Shown: positions 39,400-53,520, counted from the first letter of the stretch. The stretch: 64,000 bases of DNA from Eledone cirrhosa (GCA_964016885.1 OZ024743.1:68820001-68884000), one strand, 5' to 3'. Numbers and translations: made by a program. The notes: a model not told the origin generated them from the sequence alone.

Positions 39400-40820
39400 C
39401 TGAATTGATCTGGAAGCTCAAACATGAAAAGACACCGCACTCTCTGGTCTGGTCCGTGGTTAGAAAGGTTCCCCCAGACAGAGGCGGGTCTGGTATTTGC
39501 AACCTCTGTCTTAGTGAGACACTCGAGATACTTCATGGCGGAACCAAGCTATTAAACAGAAGCGCCGACTTATTCGGTGCCTGCAGACACCTAAGGACGG
39601 GATCTTTCCTCAAGCTATATGGATAAACCCCGGTTAAGCCTCGAACAACGCCCCGCCCCCGCCCTCTGTAGGTCACCTACGATGGTCCACCGCATCCTCT
39701 AGTGGTTAGGCGTCATCAAAACCATGTTTTATTGAACTTGAGGAAAATAGAGCGGCCCACACAGGAAGAACAATTATCCCAAGGTACTAACCCTATACGC
39801 ATGAATGAATGCCCACAACCGTGCATTGTGTGTGTATACTGATACTGCATGAATGTACACACTCATGTGAAAGCAACGTAGTACTAATACCCCAGGTTGT
39901 ATTGATAAATGTGTTCGAGTGTATGCTTAAGAGTATATTTGTATATACTCTCTTGTATGAGTGCACATGTGTATATAGACATACACTCGCATCCAGAAGT
40001 ATAAAATTGTGGGTGGGTATATATATCTGTACTAAGGGATTCGCCTAAGCTCCAAAGCCCCCAAGCTATTGTTGTAAAGATATATATCACACTCTACCTT
40101 TGTCTAGTCTAAACAATAACTTTTCCGAACACCCACTTTACTTTTCTTTAAAAATAACACGCCACCTAGTTTTATATCTGCCTTATACTTGGACATGGGT
40201 GCCTCTGTTGTATATATATATGCACTTGTGCGTATATATATATATATATATACATACACACCTGTATGGATTTGTGTGTCTAGATGTGTGTGTGTCTGAG
40301 GGGTAGGTTTGAGTGTATGTACAAGTCAACCAACATATGTCTTTTTATTTGTAAATTTTCTACTGTAACCATAATTTTCAGTAGCACCATTCCACATAAA
40401 TTCCTCAATTTAAGAATGACCTGTAGTATCTATTTCATACTATAAACCTTAATTGAATATATATCTGACCAGGAATGCTTTTTGTGAAAATCAGTCATAT
40501 GGAACTATTGTCATCTTGCCTGACGGTTTGAACTTTACAAGACCACCTGCCTCTGTGAGGTCAAATACCAACCCTACTAGCATCTACAAAGTGACCAATG
40601 ATAATTAAGACTATTCCTGCTGACAACATTAAATTATTCCTAACAAGCTCATATGTCCCAAGGCCCTTTACCATCAACACTATAAACACAGAGCTGGCAT
40701 ATCTAAAAACTGACTAACTGCCTGATGATGTCATAGCCATTCAATGGCTATCATCGAAATATATATAGCAGTAAATAAAGGATTATGAGTTCATGCAATT
40801 GACTTATGTTTCTTCACTAT
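39400..40820 (+). mobile_element. PLE 3' fragment: endonuclease C-terminus + ~1.2-kb pLTR
   Basis: IWKLK..VWSVVRK..CNLCLSE..LLNRS..GACRH, then sequence homologous to about 27170-28345. Confidence 0.85.
40717..40772 (+). ncRNA. type I hammerhead ribozyme
   Basis: actgc-CTGATGA-tgtcatagcca..tggctatcatc-GAAA-tatata-TA-gcagt. Confidence 0.78.
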
Positions 40821-41616
40821 ATATATATATGATTTTGATGATAACTTCACCTTAAATTCGATGTGCCTCTCATTCCTGGGATGTCGTTATGAGGAAGACA
40901 CCAATATGACAAGTGCAAAACATCTATGCTCTGAAAGACTTCAACATAGAACGGAGCAGCATCAGTGGCCAAAGGAGTGCCACTGTTTCCTCGTTTAATA
41001 TACTTTGTGAACAACGCAATTACGGAAGTTGTTATATCACATCATTGCACATGCACGTGATATTCGATCTTAGTAACGTCTCTTTTTGTCTCTAAGAAGA
41101 CCATTCTTTATCTTGTACTCTAAATTACCTTCAGATCAGCTTTTATATGGACAAACGCTTGTGTGCCACGAGTGTTATTTTCTAAATGTTTGGTGCTAAT
41201 TTTTAAAAATTTTAATTGAGAGAAAATGTAGGGGAGGTAACTTATAATTATCTAAGTTGTTCATAGCACTTTAAATTATTAGCTACAAGTAAAAATGGGG
41301 CTAGATGACTAAGTTGGTTCAAATATTGTCTCCCAATTAAAAAATTAAAAAATTAGCACTTAACTATAAACACCCACAATTTTTAATCTCTCGAGGAGTT
41401 ACTTCCCCTGAAACCACCCTCTAATTAGTAAGGTAAATACGTCCTTTGGCAGCCATCTTGTTACCCATAGGCAGATCTCACACAATGCAGCCTCGGCAGA
41501 TGAATACTGCTTGATTATGGCTGACAACTGATGCAACCAAGACACCATAGTAAAAAACCAATACATGGAACATTATATTATGTAACATTCATTATTTTAA
41601 TTTATATTCCTTTGAA

Positions 41617-41732
41617 GTTCCGATGAGCCGCTCTGTCTATATAATATGTTAATTATTTTCAACTGAACCACATCAATTATGTTATATAGTCATCTGATCA
41701 AGACTATATGGAGTAGCGAAAAAATTGTAAAC
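41617..41732 (+). ncRNA. degenerate hammerhead with long stem II
   Basis: gtt-CCGATGA-gccgctc...gagtagc-GAAA-aaattg-TA-aac. Confidence 0.4.
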
Positions 41733-41969
41733 GGACATTATTATTATTATTAATATTATTATTATTATTCTCTATATTCCTTACATCAAACTAAAATATG
41801 TTGACAATCTTTTAATAATGTCTTCTTCGTGAAATGTGTGGTCTTGTTTTGTTTAACTAATGAATATTTCCAGCTGTGCGCACCTAACTTCTGCATGAAC
41901 CCAGCCACCTAGCTGCTTTCTACTGCATATTGCACATTGAGCACATGCCTTTACGCTTTGGCTTCTAAC

Positions 41970-42612
41970 TAATTCACCAATCAAATCAACGACAAGAAGT
42001 TTAACCGATCAAATCAACGACAAGAAGTTAAATTCTATGTAGGTATGGCGGAGGGCCGGCTTAAGGAACGCTTCCTGAATAATCAGCCGACCTTCAGATA
42101 CCCGGTCAAACGATCGACCACGAAAATCGTGAGACATGTATGGTCCCTCAAGGATACAGACGCAGATTACTCCATCCAATGGAAGGTTATCACGAAGTCT
42201 AAGTCATACGTAAAGAGGAATCCGTTTTGTGGGCTATGCATTGAAGAAGGTTTTTTTTATATCCTGAGAACATTACGTAATAGCGCTTCTCTAAATTCAA
42301 GCAATAAACTTTTTTCACGTGGTCCACGTCTGGAGACACCTATTACATAATTACAAAGCACCAGATTGACTAACATGAACAATCTATAATATTCTTAATA
42401 ACATGAATAATTTATTCCAAGTATCCACAGTTATCTCCCCGGCATCGATCTATTGTGGGTTTACTTCCCCCGGGAGAAGTGACTATTTCTGAACATACGT
42501 ATCCGTACAGTTGTTTTTCCTTTTCCGTACAACCTCATTTAAAACACGCTGATTTCGAATAAGGTGAAACAGTTGTTCTCGGTAGTGGTGAACTAACTTT
42601 TGTAGAACTACT
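41970..42612 (+). mobile_element. PLE endonuclease fragment + pLTR related to the 24-26 kb element
   Basis: VKFYVGMAEGRLKERFLN..TFRYP..VWSLKD..IQWKVI..CGLC; pLTR with aaggtGAAACagttGTTctcgg. Confidence 0.85.
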
Positions 42613-43347
42613 TCTATATATATATATATATATATATATAATAAAATATAGAGAAAAATACTGCAGGTAGCACATGGATAACATGTAATAAAATGAGTCC
42701 CTCATCAGTGATTTGCCGACGATCATCGATATTTCATTGCATTAAAAATCATATACCTCACGTCGGTGCAATAATAACCAAAATAAGTTATTAGGACAAT
42801 TGAAACGCGTAAAGCGAGTGAGACAGGAGAACAACACAGAGTATAGCTAACCGTAGGGGAAAGAAACAAGCTTCAAAATTATTCTGTTTAGCATAAGCTA
42901 GGTGAATATATGAGCTTTTAGAAAACAGGCCTGACACGATATATATATATAGGGAGTGTAACTTGGAGTTACTGTAGGTTCACCCGGGTGAGCACTCATT
43001 GTTTAGGTTCACTTATGTGTCTAGGTGTAGAGCTATACAGAGTGTATTATATAGAAAAGATAACAAGGTTTTGACGGTCTCAGGTTGAGATGGGCCGCGA
43101 TGTTGGGGGGGGGGGGGAATTGTCGGTAGACAGATTGGTGTGTATTTGTGACTGATTATTGTGTGTGATGCGGGTATGGTGTTGTTGTTTATGGTAATTG
43201 TGTTTATGGTGGTGTGGTGGATGTGTTGGTGGTGTCAAATACAATGGGGAGATACATACATAGACACACTTAGTCTGACAATAACGTTGTATACATACAT
43301 ATGCGTATGTACACACTGACATATATACACATACACACACACACATG

Positions 43348-43444
<97 letters not shown>

Positions 43445-43627
43445 AGATATATATATATATTGACATGTGTGTGTGTGTATATAGAGAGAGGTGAGAGTGT
43501 CAGTGGGGATGGCATAGTACATAGATAGAGGGAGGGGGAGAGCCAATGGAGATGGCGTTGTACATATAAATATACACATGTACATATACACACACATATA
43601 CATATACATATACATATACACATACAC

Positions 43628-43677
<50 letters not shown>

Positions 43678-43758
43678 CAATTAGAAGACTAAAATCCAAA
43701 GAGCGCTCGATAAAGATAAATATATATCAATTATATAAGAACCGTAGAGCAAATATTT

Positions 43759-43809
43759 AGTGTCTGAAGATCTCGTTAAGGGTGAAAGCAGCGAATCTTT
43801 GCTTAAACT
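43759..43809 (+). ncRNA. type I hammerhead ribozyme
   Basis: agtgt-CTGAAGA-tctcgttaagggt-GAAA-gca..tgc-TT-aaact. Confidence 0.7.
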
Positions 43810-43875
43810 TTAATTTGTTATTTTAATAAATATATATATATATATTATCAAATGATTATATGGGCATACTTTATA

Positions 43876-43934
<59 letters not shown>

Positions 43935-43986
43935 TGTAATGTATGTTTGTTTTTAATATCCAACGCCAATAAATACACCAGGATTT

Positions 43987-44047
43987 TTTCATTCTGATGA
44001 TTGAAAGCACATTTTTTTTGCTTTTAAGAAACCACTGGTAAATGAAA
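43987..44047 (+). ncRNA. type I hammerhead ribozyme
   Basis: tttcatt-CTGATGA-ttgaaagca..tgcttttaa-GAAA-ccactgg-TA-aatgaaa; all three stems pair. Confidence 0.88.
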
Positions 44048-44145
44048 TAATTGCCTTATGTTGTTTATTACATAACTATTAACCTCGGTTACCTACATAG
44101 AGCACTCTTTTTTCCTGGACTTTTCCGACGTAATTACTTCACATA

Positions 44146-44205
<60 letters not shown>

Positions 44206-44229
44206 CACACAGACACACACACTTGCGTT

Positions 44230-44980
44230 GTTTAGGAAGGGAAAGTATGTGTTGGCGATTTTAATAATAGTTGGAGTATGGAGATGTGCCTTGTGGTGGC
44301 GGTGTTGGTGTTGTGAGCGACAAAATATATACAGGATCGAATTATACGAAGGGTTACATTTTAAAAAGTGACATAGGGAACACGGGGAAAACAAGGTTGT
44401 GAACATATAGCGGTGGTGGCGATGGTGTGATATATTCAACAATATATTTACATGATCAGATGTTACGGTGGTTTACAAGGTAAAGCTGACAGGGAGGGCA
44501 GATATAACCGAGTGGTTCCAGAAGCGAGCGGTGATATGTGTTGTATCTAGTGGTATATGACGGTGGTGTAGGCGACAGTATATTTACAGGATCGAGTTTA
44601 CGAAGGATTGTAGGTTAAAACAGACAGCGGGAACAGGGGGGAACAAGGTTGTGGGTGTGGAATGGTGCACATATATCGATGTGTGCGGTGTTGGTGGTGG
44701 TGGTGGTGGCTATGGGGTGATATGATCGACATTATATTTACAGAATCGGATGCTACAATGGATTACATGATAAAACCTGACGGAGAGGAGAGATAGAGCA
44801 CAATGGTGCTAATATGAGGGGTGTATGGCGATGTGTCTTTTGGTGGGGGTGATGTATGCGGCATCATATATACAACATTTGAACTTACAAGGGGTTACAT
44901 GTTATAAAACAAATGCACTGAGATGAGGGACGGTGAGACAGGGCAAAGGTGGTTAATATCATGTTGGGTCATGGTTAGTG
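44230..44980. repeat. diverged ~120-150-bp tandem subrepeats downstream of the PLE ORF
   Basis: ac..tatatttaca.gatcg/ag core at about 44319, 44437, 44574, 44727 and 44862. Confidence 0.65.
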
Positions 44981-44988
44981 TGCGGCCC

Positions 44989-47280
44989 TCAGCCGAATGT
45001 TTGTGCAGAAAAGGTGTTCAACCTGGAGTGTCTGCAATTGATAATTATGACCGACCTATAGTTTATGACAGATTTTAATGTAATTATCTCAGCCGCTTCG
45101 GCCAGGCATAACCTGCAGTGGCTTCTGTCACTGGGGAGTTGGGCCACGTGTCTTTTGACGGACCATGTGATCTGGAATTCGATGTTCCTGACTTTGAGGT
45201 CCCAGATCAAGTCGGCTAGTTTAGTTTGGGATCGTTTCAGCCTACGTTTAAAGGAGCATCTATGGTTATACCAGCGCTCCTTAAATGTAGTGGAGGTCGC
45301 ACCTATGTATGAGTACTCCTTACTGCCAGCTGTGACATCGCATCGGCAAACAATGTTTTTAACGAGGCACTCCCCGTTTAGTGGGCATTCGCCCGTTTTT
45401 TGCAGTTGCAATTGGGTGTTACCGGTTAGTGGTATGCTGTGTGGAGCTGGCATGTGAGTTGTTGTGTTGTGTATGTGGTTTCGTTGTGGGTTGTGGTAGT
45501 GGATTGTTGTGGGGCAACCATGTGTTTGCGTATTTTTGTCCTATTAGTGTGTGCTATTCTGTGGCCTAGATTTGGTGCTATGGAGAAAGAGAATTTTACA
45601 GCGTGTCTGTTGATGAGCTTGCGGTATGCACTTCTGTGTGTGTGGAAAATATTGTTCAAGGGCCCTGCAGAAGGTTCCCGGTATGTTGGTGGCAACGTGT
45701 ATAGAATATATCCTAAATCACGGCTCTTAAATCACGTTGTACCACGTGACAGGTCTGCTTCGGGCTTTACGGTGTTTGGTGAGGTTTTTGAGGTTAGATG
45801 GTAGTGTGGGTACGTTTTGGTCATGCGTATATGTCATAGGCGTTCCTAGTAATCTTTTGGCCTTTTGACTCTATTTCTACGTAAACGCGTGCAATAGTCG
45901 GAGTCCTTATTGAGGTTGGAGAGTATAGCTTTATCTCCTTGGCAGTTGTGTGTGACGCTGTCTGCCCTGCCGTCTAAGGAGGGTCTTAGTTTATTATTTG
46001 TTCTAGGTGTGGTGTCCTCGTCTATGTTCGTTTCTAAGGGTCTAATTATGTTTAGCGGCGTTACGGTTCTAGTTGGGTCATTGTAAGAAATCTTCTCAAT
46101 GTAACCAGCCTTTTCAAGTGCGGAGTTGTAGTATTCCGCGTGCTGGTTGAAGATAGTTCTATTTGCCGACAGGGTGAACATTCTATAGGAAATGCTTGTA
46201 ACTATTGAGTTAATTATGCTCCTAGGGTGATTGGAGTGTCTGTTGACGTATTTAAGATTTTCATTGGGTTTGTGGTATGGACGGTAGAGACCTGTGTCTA
46301 ATTCCAGAGTGACATCTAAAACGTTTACTGTCCTACTGTTGGGTTCAATTTCTACTGCTAATCCTTGGGTCATAAAGATATAACTAAGTCGTTTGTGTAG
46401 TCTATCTAATTGGCTATTATTGAGTCCACGGGTCATGAGTAGGGCATCGTCACGGTATAAGCCACCGTCCAAGGAGGGGATCTCGTCTGTTAATATATTC
46501 AGGAGGTATAGGCCTACTATATCCGTAACCTGCGCGGAGTCAGTCGTTCCCATAGTAATGTCGAAGCTATCTGGTCTATTCTGTCGCTCCTATAATCTAC
46601 CGTCAAATTCTAGTAATGTTTTCCTAGCTACTAGTATGATGTCCACTTCCTTTCTAGTGAGGCTAGATATGTTCATGGCTGAGATCAGTGCCTTGTTAAG
46701 GATGATTGGCGATATAATGGCGTAGTAGTTCGTAATGTCCAATTGGACTAATCGAACATTCGACTTAGTTTCAATGCCACAAAACCAGTCGATTACTTCC
46801 TTTGTACATGACCATAGGAATAGTTTAGTTCTATTTCTAAGTTCAGGTATAATCCGGTCAATGATATATTTGCTAAGTCTACCTAGGTCCGATTTAGAGG
46901 GGGCTATGTGTCTGACCGGCAGTTTTGACTGAAAGTCCGGTTTATGGTCTTTAATAGATAGCCTCCGTTTCCTGGGGTTGTAGGGTTGAGTCCTGTCATC
47001 AATGCTCAGTTCCGTCATTATTGTTTTCACCTGTTTGTTTATGTGTGCTATGTTTTCCTGTGTTGATGTTTTGTATATTTTAGTAATTTCATTTGTAATG
47101 CATTTGTTATGAGTTTTGATCTCCATATTGTAGTTGTTTCCTGTTTTATCGGCTGCTACGATGATGCCAGGGCTATTACTGATCTTTTTTACAGTAGATG
47201 CGAGTCAAAACAGGAATGCACTTCTGTCAGGGTTTCGCGGTAGTTTCCTGAATCTAATGGTCCGGACCATGCTAATGATC
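44989..47280 (-). pseudogene. Penelope-like RT + GIY-YIG remnant
   Basis: ADKTGN, IKDHKPDF, APSKSDLGRLSK, QLDITNYY, MGTTDSAQVTDIVGLYLL, GLYRDDAL, CPLNGECL..YIGATSTTFKER..H, CRLCLAE, CRH. Confidence 0.9.
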
Positions 47281-47396
47281 CACCAATCAAAACAAGCCTT
47301 ATTGACCAACATATGAACTTCTGACTTTACCATATAGCATGTATTCATTTTCTACTAGCATTTTAAGGGGTCCGTCGACCTGCGGATTATTGAGTC

Positions 47397-47454
47397 GGGT
47401 AAGATCGATACAGATCGAACCACGAGCTGATCAGTGGCGAAACGTGCGTCACCT
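47397..47454 (+). ncRNA. degenerate hammerhead (CTG apparently deleted)
   Basis: gggt-[ctg]AAGA-..ccac..gtggc-GAAA-cgtgcg-TC-acct, then AATAAA. Confidence 0.45.
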
Positions 47455-47656
47455 ACCAATAAATGTAATGAAGGAGTAACCAATCGTCCTTGTTATCTTT
47501 TCAATATATATATATATATATATCAAATAGCGTGTGATAAATTCCAGGTTGACCATAATCCACCAGAGTACTCGGTATTGGGGAACTAGAGTCGGTAATA
47601 TGAAAAGATTCAGACACCGACGGCTGAGCTCCGGCCATTCCGACAGCTTGATCCAA

Positions 47657-47689
<33 letters not shown>

Positions 47690-47693
<4 letters not shown>

Positions 47694-48585
47694 ATAAATT
47701 ATCGAGATTCGCATTTCGGCCCACGAAATAACGAAAAACAACCTCCGAAATGTGCGACAAGTGATCAATGATTCAGATGAACCAGAGCTATAACAAATGT
47801 TAAAGGCCAAACACACTGAGACGATGGTTAAACAATCATTCGCATAGCCAATAAAACGATCAAGTAATTCGGGTATTGAAAATTTACCTGGACCCCTGGA
47901 AGGTTGGTAAACTCCACTATATGGGTTTCTGCGGCTCCTAAATCAGGTACCGTCCGCTTACATAAACAATGTCAGGCTTCTGGTAAAATGATTGAACAAG
48001 TAAGCCACTTTCTCAACAGGTTTTAGTTCAATGTTAATACAAGGACTGACTATTGCTGACCCCACGTGGAGATCGGCAAGGGAGGCAACCCCTATATCAG
48101 CTGAATGAATTCAGTTGTGTATATTTTTCCAAGAAAGCAAAGACATCACAAATCGAATAGAGTTCTCAGCAGAAGGGTTAACATTAACATAAGCTATTCA
48201 TCAGTCAATAGAATCAACTATAAAATCAAGAAAATTAACTGGTCAATAGCTAGAGTCTGGAGAATAATACAAACATAAATTATCGAGATTCGCATTTCGG
48301 CCCACGAAATAACGAAAAACAACCTCCGAGATGTGCGGCAAGTGCTCAATGATTCAGATGAACCAGAGCTATAACAAACGTTAAAGGCCAAACACACTGA
48401 GACGATGGTTAAACAATCATTCGCATAGCCAAAAAAACCGATCAAGTAATTCGGGTAATGAAAATTTACCCGGAACCCTAGAAGGTTGGTAAAATCCAGT
48501 ATATGGGTTTCTGCGGCTCCTAAATCAATTACCGTCCGCTTACATAAATAATGTCAGGCTTCTGGTAAGATGATTGAACAAGGAA

Positions 48586-48590
<5 letters not shown>
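47690..48590. repeat. partial tandem duplication, 581-bp period
   Basis: aaacataaattatcgagattcgc at 47690 and 48271; about 320 bp duplicated. Confidence 0.9.
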
Positions 48591-48681
<91 letters not shown>

Positions 48682-48725
48682 GCTTCCTTGTTCAATCATC
48701 TTACCAGAAGCCTGACATTATTTAT
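48545..48725. repeat. inverted repeat (~46-bp arms) enclosing (TA)n
   Basis: ataaataatgtcagg...ggaagccat (TA)n atggcttcc...cctgacattatttat. Confidence 0.9.
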
Positions 48726-48734
48726 ATATATATA

Positions 48735-50640
48735 TAAGCAAAATAATTAATGAAAGAGTTACAAGACGTTAAAACATCTTTATAAAGCTCTTACACATGT
48801 TTCGCCCAATGGGGCTCGCCTGAGGCAGATATTAAAGGCAAAGTTTTTAATTATAGACCCTAATAGGGTAAAATAATAGTTTTACGTCGCTGTGCATATT
48901 AAATTTAAATGTTAAAGGTATAAACACGGTGAAAGGAGAATAGTATGCTAAGGGAGGTAATTACGGTGCAGGTATAAAGTCTACTCTCTAACTTATGACC
49001 AGTACCAGCTATGTAAAACAAATGTTTATTATTTAAAGGGAATTAACATAAGCAGGGTTGGTCAACTCAGTATAAATGAAGCCGTGTTAAGGTGTGAATA
49101 TGATAGTTTATTGGTAAAGTGATTAAAGACTACACACAGGTTTAACTAATGCAAGGAGGCACATAAGGTGCGAATTTGAAGGCCTACAAAAATAATGTCA
49201 ATTTGCATGGAAGTTGCATATTCATATGATCAATTGTCTAAGAAGTTATTCGGGTATAGGCAGCAGGTTCGTAAGATTACCAAAAATCCAGTCTGGCCAA
49301 GAGGAAGAACATAGCGGGGTAGGCCCGACTGAATATACGCTGTGCAGCTTCCTGGTGGGAAAACAGTGCGTGGATGATGCTGTTATTCCACGTTTTTTAA
49401 TGGTAAGTCTACCGCCGGTAAGTCAGGCCGGGGTGCGGTGCTGAGAGCATCAGGTATTATAGTGGTTATTCAGTTGTTGGGGTCCATCTGCAGAAAGATT
49501 GTTGTAGTCCATGGCCGGAATTGATGACAGTTTCGGCCCGACTATTTATGAGTTCCCGGGGTGCTTGCACTTTATAAAACAGTTCCATTCGGCAGCGTTG
49601 TGAAATTATATGGTGTTGCTTGGTTCACAATTTCCCAATGTGTGGTGTAGCTAATGGTAGAGTCAGTTAATTGGGTAATATAATTAGCGAGGGGAGTAGA
49701 GTATCTAAGCTTCCTAATCTTAAAAGAGTGGAGATGCGCTCGAAACCTAGTCTTGAACGCCCCAGAAGTAGCTCCTATGTAAGACTGAACACTATTAAAA
49801 CTAGCAACCGTGCATCTATAGATAACGTTTCTAGTCAAACAGTAGCATTGGAGTGGACAGGGTTACGACAGCTGCAATGTTTTTTGTTGTCACCTCTCAG
49901 GTGGTGAGGGCTGGTGTTAATCCTATTTCTATTATTATCACCATCACCATAGCTGCCATTATTGTCGTTGGCGTTATTATAGCTACAAACACGCGAAATG
50001 GTGCTATGCCCATTTCTCGTGTTATAGCGTCTTCTACAGCCGTTGTAATAGCTGCTATGGTTTCTAACCCTGTCGTCTGTCACACTACTGGTGCTGCAGT
50101 TAGTTTCTAATGTGGCATTATTGTGTATGATACTGCTAATACCTGTCCTGGTTACTAATATCGTTATCGTGCAGGGCGACAGAATTGTTAAGGTTGACCG
50201 AGGTGTCATATTCTCTAAAATTCTCATTACAAGCATGTTGTATTCTAATGAGCTTACTGTGGTTGCTTATTGCTATGAGGTCGGCTAGATTAGGTGTAGT
50301 AGAATAAGAATTTTTGACGTTACTCTTATTGAGGATTTTTCGGTATCTGTGGTTAGGTGGGAAGCTAGAGTAGGGGGGATGGAACCATAGGACATTACGG
50401 CGGCGTTTACGCGTTGTTCTGGGGTTACTGCGGAGGGTATTGCCGTGGTGGGTGTCCCTATCAAGGCAATAGGGGTGTTGGATAATGTGTGCTCTGTTAG
50501 CATTATGTCTATGTGTACAGCCACCCCCAGCACGGCGGTTCTGGGTTACCTATGCCAGTTAGTGGGTGTTGTTAATAAACTGTCTCCTCCATTAAGCTTG
50601 TATGCGGGGAATAATTCGAGTAGGCTGCAGTTACTAGGTT
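48735..50640 (-). mobile_element. PLE 3' fragment: linker + GIY-YIG endonuclease + pLTR
   Basis: CSCRNP, RNVIYRCTV..SYIGATSGAFKTRFRAH..HWEIV..PY; decayed HHR CAGGCGA-gccc..gggc-GAAAcatgtgTA at about 48788-48826. Confidence 0.8.
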
Positions 50641-51430
50641 GAAAAAAATACTAATTTAAAACAATATGGTTTGCCTGACTCGATTTAAAGTAATGAATCA
50701 ATAAAAATAACAAACCTATACCCGGACAGACTAAAATCTGTTTCGCAAGAATTATTAAGTGAAATCCAGTATTTTTTTAACCTAGCTAACTTGGTCATTT
50801 GCAATTGGAACACATGAATACTTATATCTGTGTTCACCCCTCTCATATATCCAATTATATTACACGGCTCGGAAAGATTCCCTTTTTTGAGCTACGTAAT
50901 TGTAAGAGACTATTTTGAGTTTAAAACTCAATCTATGATATTCTCGGCTCCGTATGTAGAGCTGACCTTAGTCTCGTAAACCCAGCTGCTATTTTTCGCA
51001 GTATGAGTATGAGACGCGCTAGGCGCTGCGACATGTTTATATTAGCATATCGTTCAGTTTTCTTAGATCCTTTGAAGTGAAAGCTACGAAATTTCCTGGA
51101 TACCCGCAGATAAGCACGGGAATTCTGGCTTTCACCTACTAATTCTTGCGAAACAGATTTTAGTCTGTTCGGGTATCAAAGGCTATTGGCCGATATAGAT
51201 TTGTTATTTTTATTGATTTATTACTTTAAATCGAGTCAGGAAACCATATTGTTTTAAATTAGTACTTTTTCAACCTAGCTAACTTGGTCATTTGCAATTG
51301 GAACACATGTATACTTATATCTGTCTTCATCCCTCTCTTATATCCAATTATATTACACGGCTCGGAAAGATTCCCTTCTTTGAGCTACTTAATTGTAAAA
51401 GACCATTTTGAGTTTATAACTCAATCTTTG
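50640..51430. repeat. inverted plus direct duplication around a decayed hammerhead (51099-51177, +)
   Basis: gatacccg-CAGATAA-gca..tgc-GAAA-cagat..gtctg-TT-cgggtatc; 50645-50755 inverted versus 51141-51270; 50770-50935 direct versus 51266-51430. Confidence 0.8.
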
Positions 51431-51972
51431 ATATATATATATATATATTTCGTTTCTGAATTTATTTAGCAAGATTCTTTATCTGAAAACGTGTGTTGAA
51501 ACCGATATTGTTATACTTTGGGAGGGTGATGTTGCCAATAAGAAACACACGCACCAGTTGCTTTCACTTCAATTTATTATAATAAATTTATAAATTTAGG
51601 AATTTATAAATTTCCGGTTGGTTGGTTCCACAACCAGATGGTTGTTTATATATTGTCAAAAGTCTTTCGTCACACATGTTGTGACCACTTCAGTGACTGG
51701 GGATTCTTTTCTTTGTTTTTGTGCCTCTCCTTTGTTCTGTCCTACGCCATCTTGTTTCTGTGTGTGTGTATTGTATATATATATATATATATACAATACA
51801 TACATAGGGTGGCAACAATAGCAATATAAACTGTAACAACAACTATTTCAATAATTCACAAGGCTAAAATGAACATTCGTCAATCACACATATTACCTCA
51901 ACCCTCCTCTTTTAACTCCTCCTCCCTAAACTATCCCTACTCTTCCTGCTACTCTACATTATATTCCTCATA

Positions 51973-52151
51973 GGGTGGTGGATTGGCAGTATCGGTAGAA
52001 GGTCAGACACCATGCTTTGCAGCAAAGAGTTACAGCCCTTTATGGTCTGCGTTCAAATCACGCCGAAGTTAACTCTGCTTTTCATCCTTACGGGTTCGAT
52101 GAAATAAAGTACACTCGGATTATTGCTGGCCTTGTGCCAAAAGTTGAAATT
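51973..52151 (+). mobile_element. tRNA-derived SINE with 15-bp TSD
   Basis: A and B boxes, core and tail; TSD attatattcctcata at 51958-51972 and 52152-52166. Confidence 0.9.
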
Positions 52152-52269
52152 ATTATATTCCTCATATTTCTCGTTGTTCTATTCAAAAACGCTCTATTGT
52201 GTGACACTGCTCAGTTCCCTCCGCCTACACACGTCTAAACTTCTATCTTACTGTAGTTCACATAGTTCA

Positions 52270-52470
52270 AACACTACCCAACACCGCCACTTCTATCATT
52301 ACAATTAACACTACCACCACCATCACCACTTCAACTATTTCTTCTACTATCACCAACACCTTTACTGCATCTATTACTATCATTACAACTACTACTATCA
52401 TCACTATCACCATTGCCAATAACTTTTCCACTACTATTAATCCTATCATTTCCACTACTACTAGCGCAAT

Positions 52471-52543
<73 letters not shown>

Positions 52544-52545
52544 AG
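52270..52545. repeat. (ACT)n field
   Basis: Degenerate then pure ACT triplets. Confidence 0.85.
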
Positions 52546-52922
52546 TAAATAGGATGTTGTATTTACGGATATTTTCTGGCCATGTGTAATAATAATACAG
52601 ATAAATATATACTATAACCAAAGGAATACCTAAAAGGAATCAACGTGACAAATTCGGTTAATTTAATTAAAGGATGATGTTCTGAAGGGCGTACGTAATA
52701 AATTCTTAATTAATAGAATTTTCCCTTTCAGCTAGAGATAGAAAAGCTAAACCTAGTGGTAATTGTTATTGTTTCTCAAATAAAATATGAGATAAATTTG
52801 AGAGATTAGAACAAAAATGTTCTCAAATTAAATTATGCGCTTAGGGAAAGGTGAGCTAAAATTATCCATAACACTTTTTGTAACAATCTATTTAGAAATC
52901 TGCAGGTTCTGTTAATCTGTAT

Positions 52923-52962
52923 TTAGCTGACGAGGTCAAGCATACCGAAACAAGAGTCTCCT
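52923..52962 (+). ncRNA. hammerhead core with poor stem I
   Basis: CTGACGA-ggt..acc-GAAAC-aaga-GTC; flanks pair poorly. Confidence 0.4.
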
Positions 52963-53520
52963 ACTTCTTTTTTTTCTTCACCGTTGAGTAATAAAGCGAA
53001 TCTTTTTTTAACAAAATTTATAAAATGATGAAAACAGATGAATACAAAATTAAGAAATGAAAAAAGGGGGAAAAGGGGGATGGGGAAAAGAGAAAGAGAC
53101 GATCTAACTGTATAGACAATTAAAGGAAAGGATTATAAATGCCATAAATGAGAGGAAAAGGGGCGAAGGAAAAGGGCTATTAGGCATCGGAAGAAAGAAA
53201 GGGGTAATTTATTTGCCCCTTCCACTCTAAAATAAAAGGAAAAAGAACAATAGTTTGTTCTTGTTCTGAGCATGTAAATTCATTTCTGAAATATATTGTA
53301 AATGTCTAGATATTCTTTTTCTTATAAGAGTCTCAAAGATCCCATTCCTGAAGTTCGTTTTGATATTTCTTTTTCATATTTATGTAATTATCAATGGTTT
53401 TAAAGCCAACTTTATGAGTTTCTTTTGAATACAATTTCAAGAAGGGAAAAAATAAATTAAATAATATTACCGGTATGTTATTTTTATTGGACAGCAGTTA
53501 ACAGGGAGAGACATTATTAT

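Noticed and set aside
42690-42812. CTGATGA (minus) and GAAACGCGTA (plus) fragments
   Set aside because: The boxes are on opposite strands and no complete hammerhead fold could be built
48140-48210. CTGATGA on the minus strand in the 581-bp repeat
   Set aside because: No correctly placed GAAA..UH box or stem I
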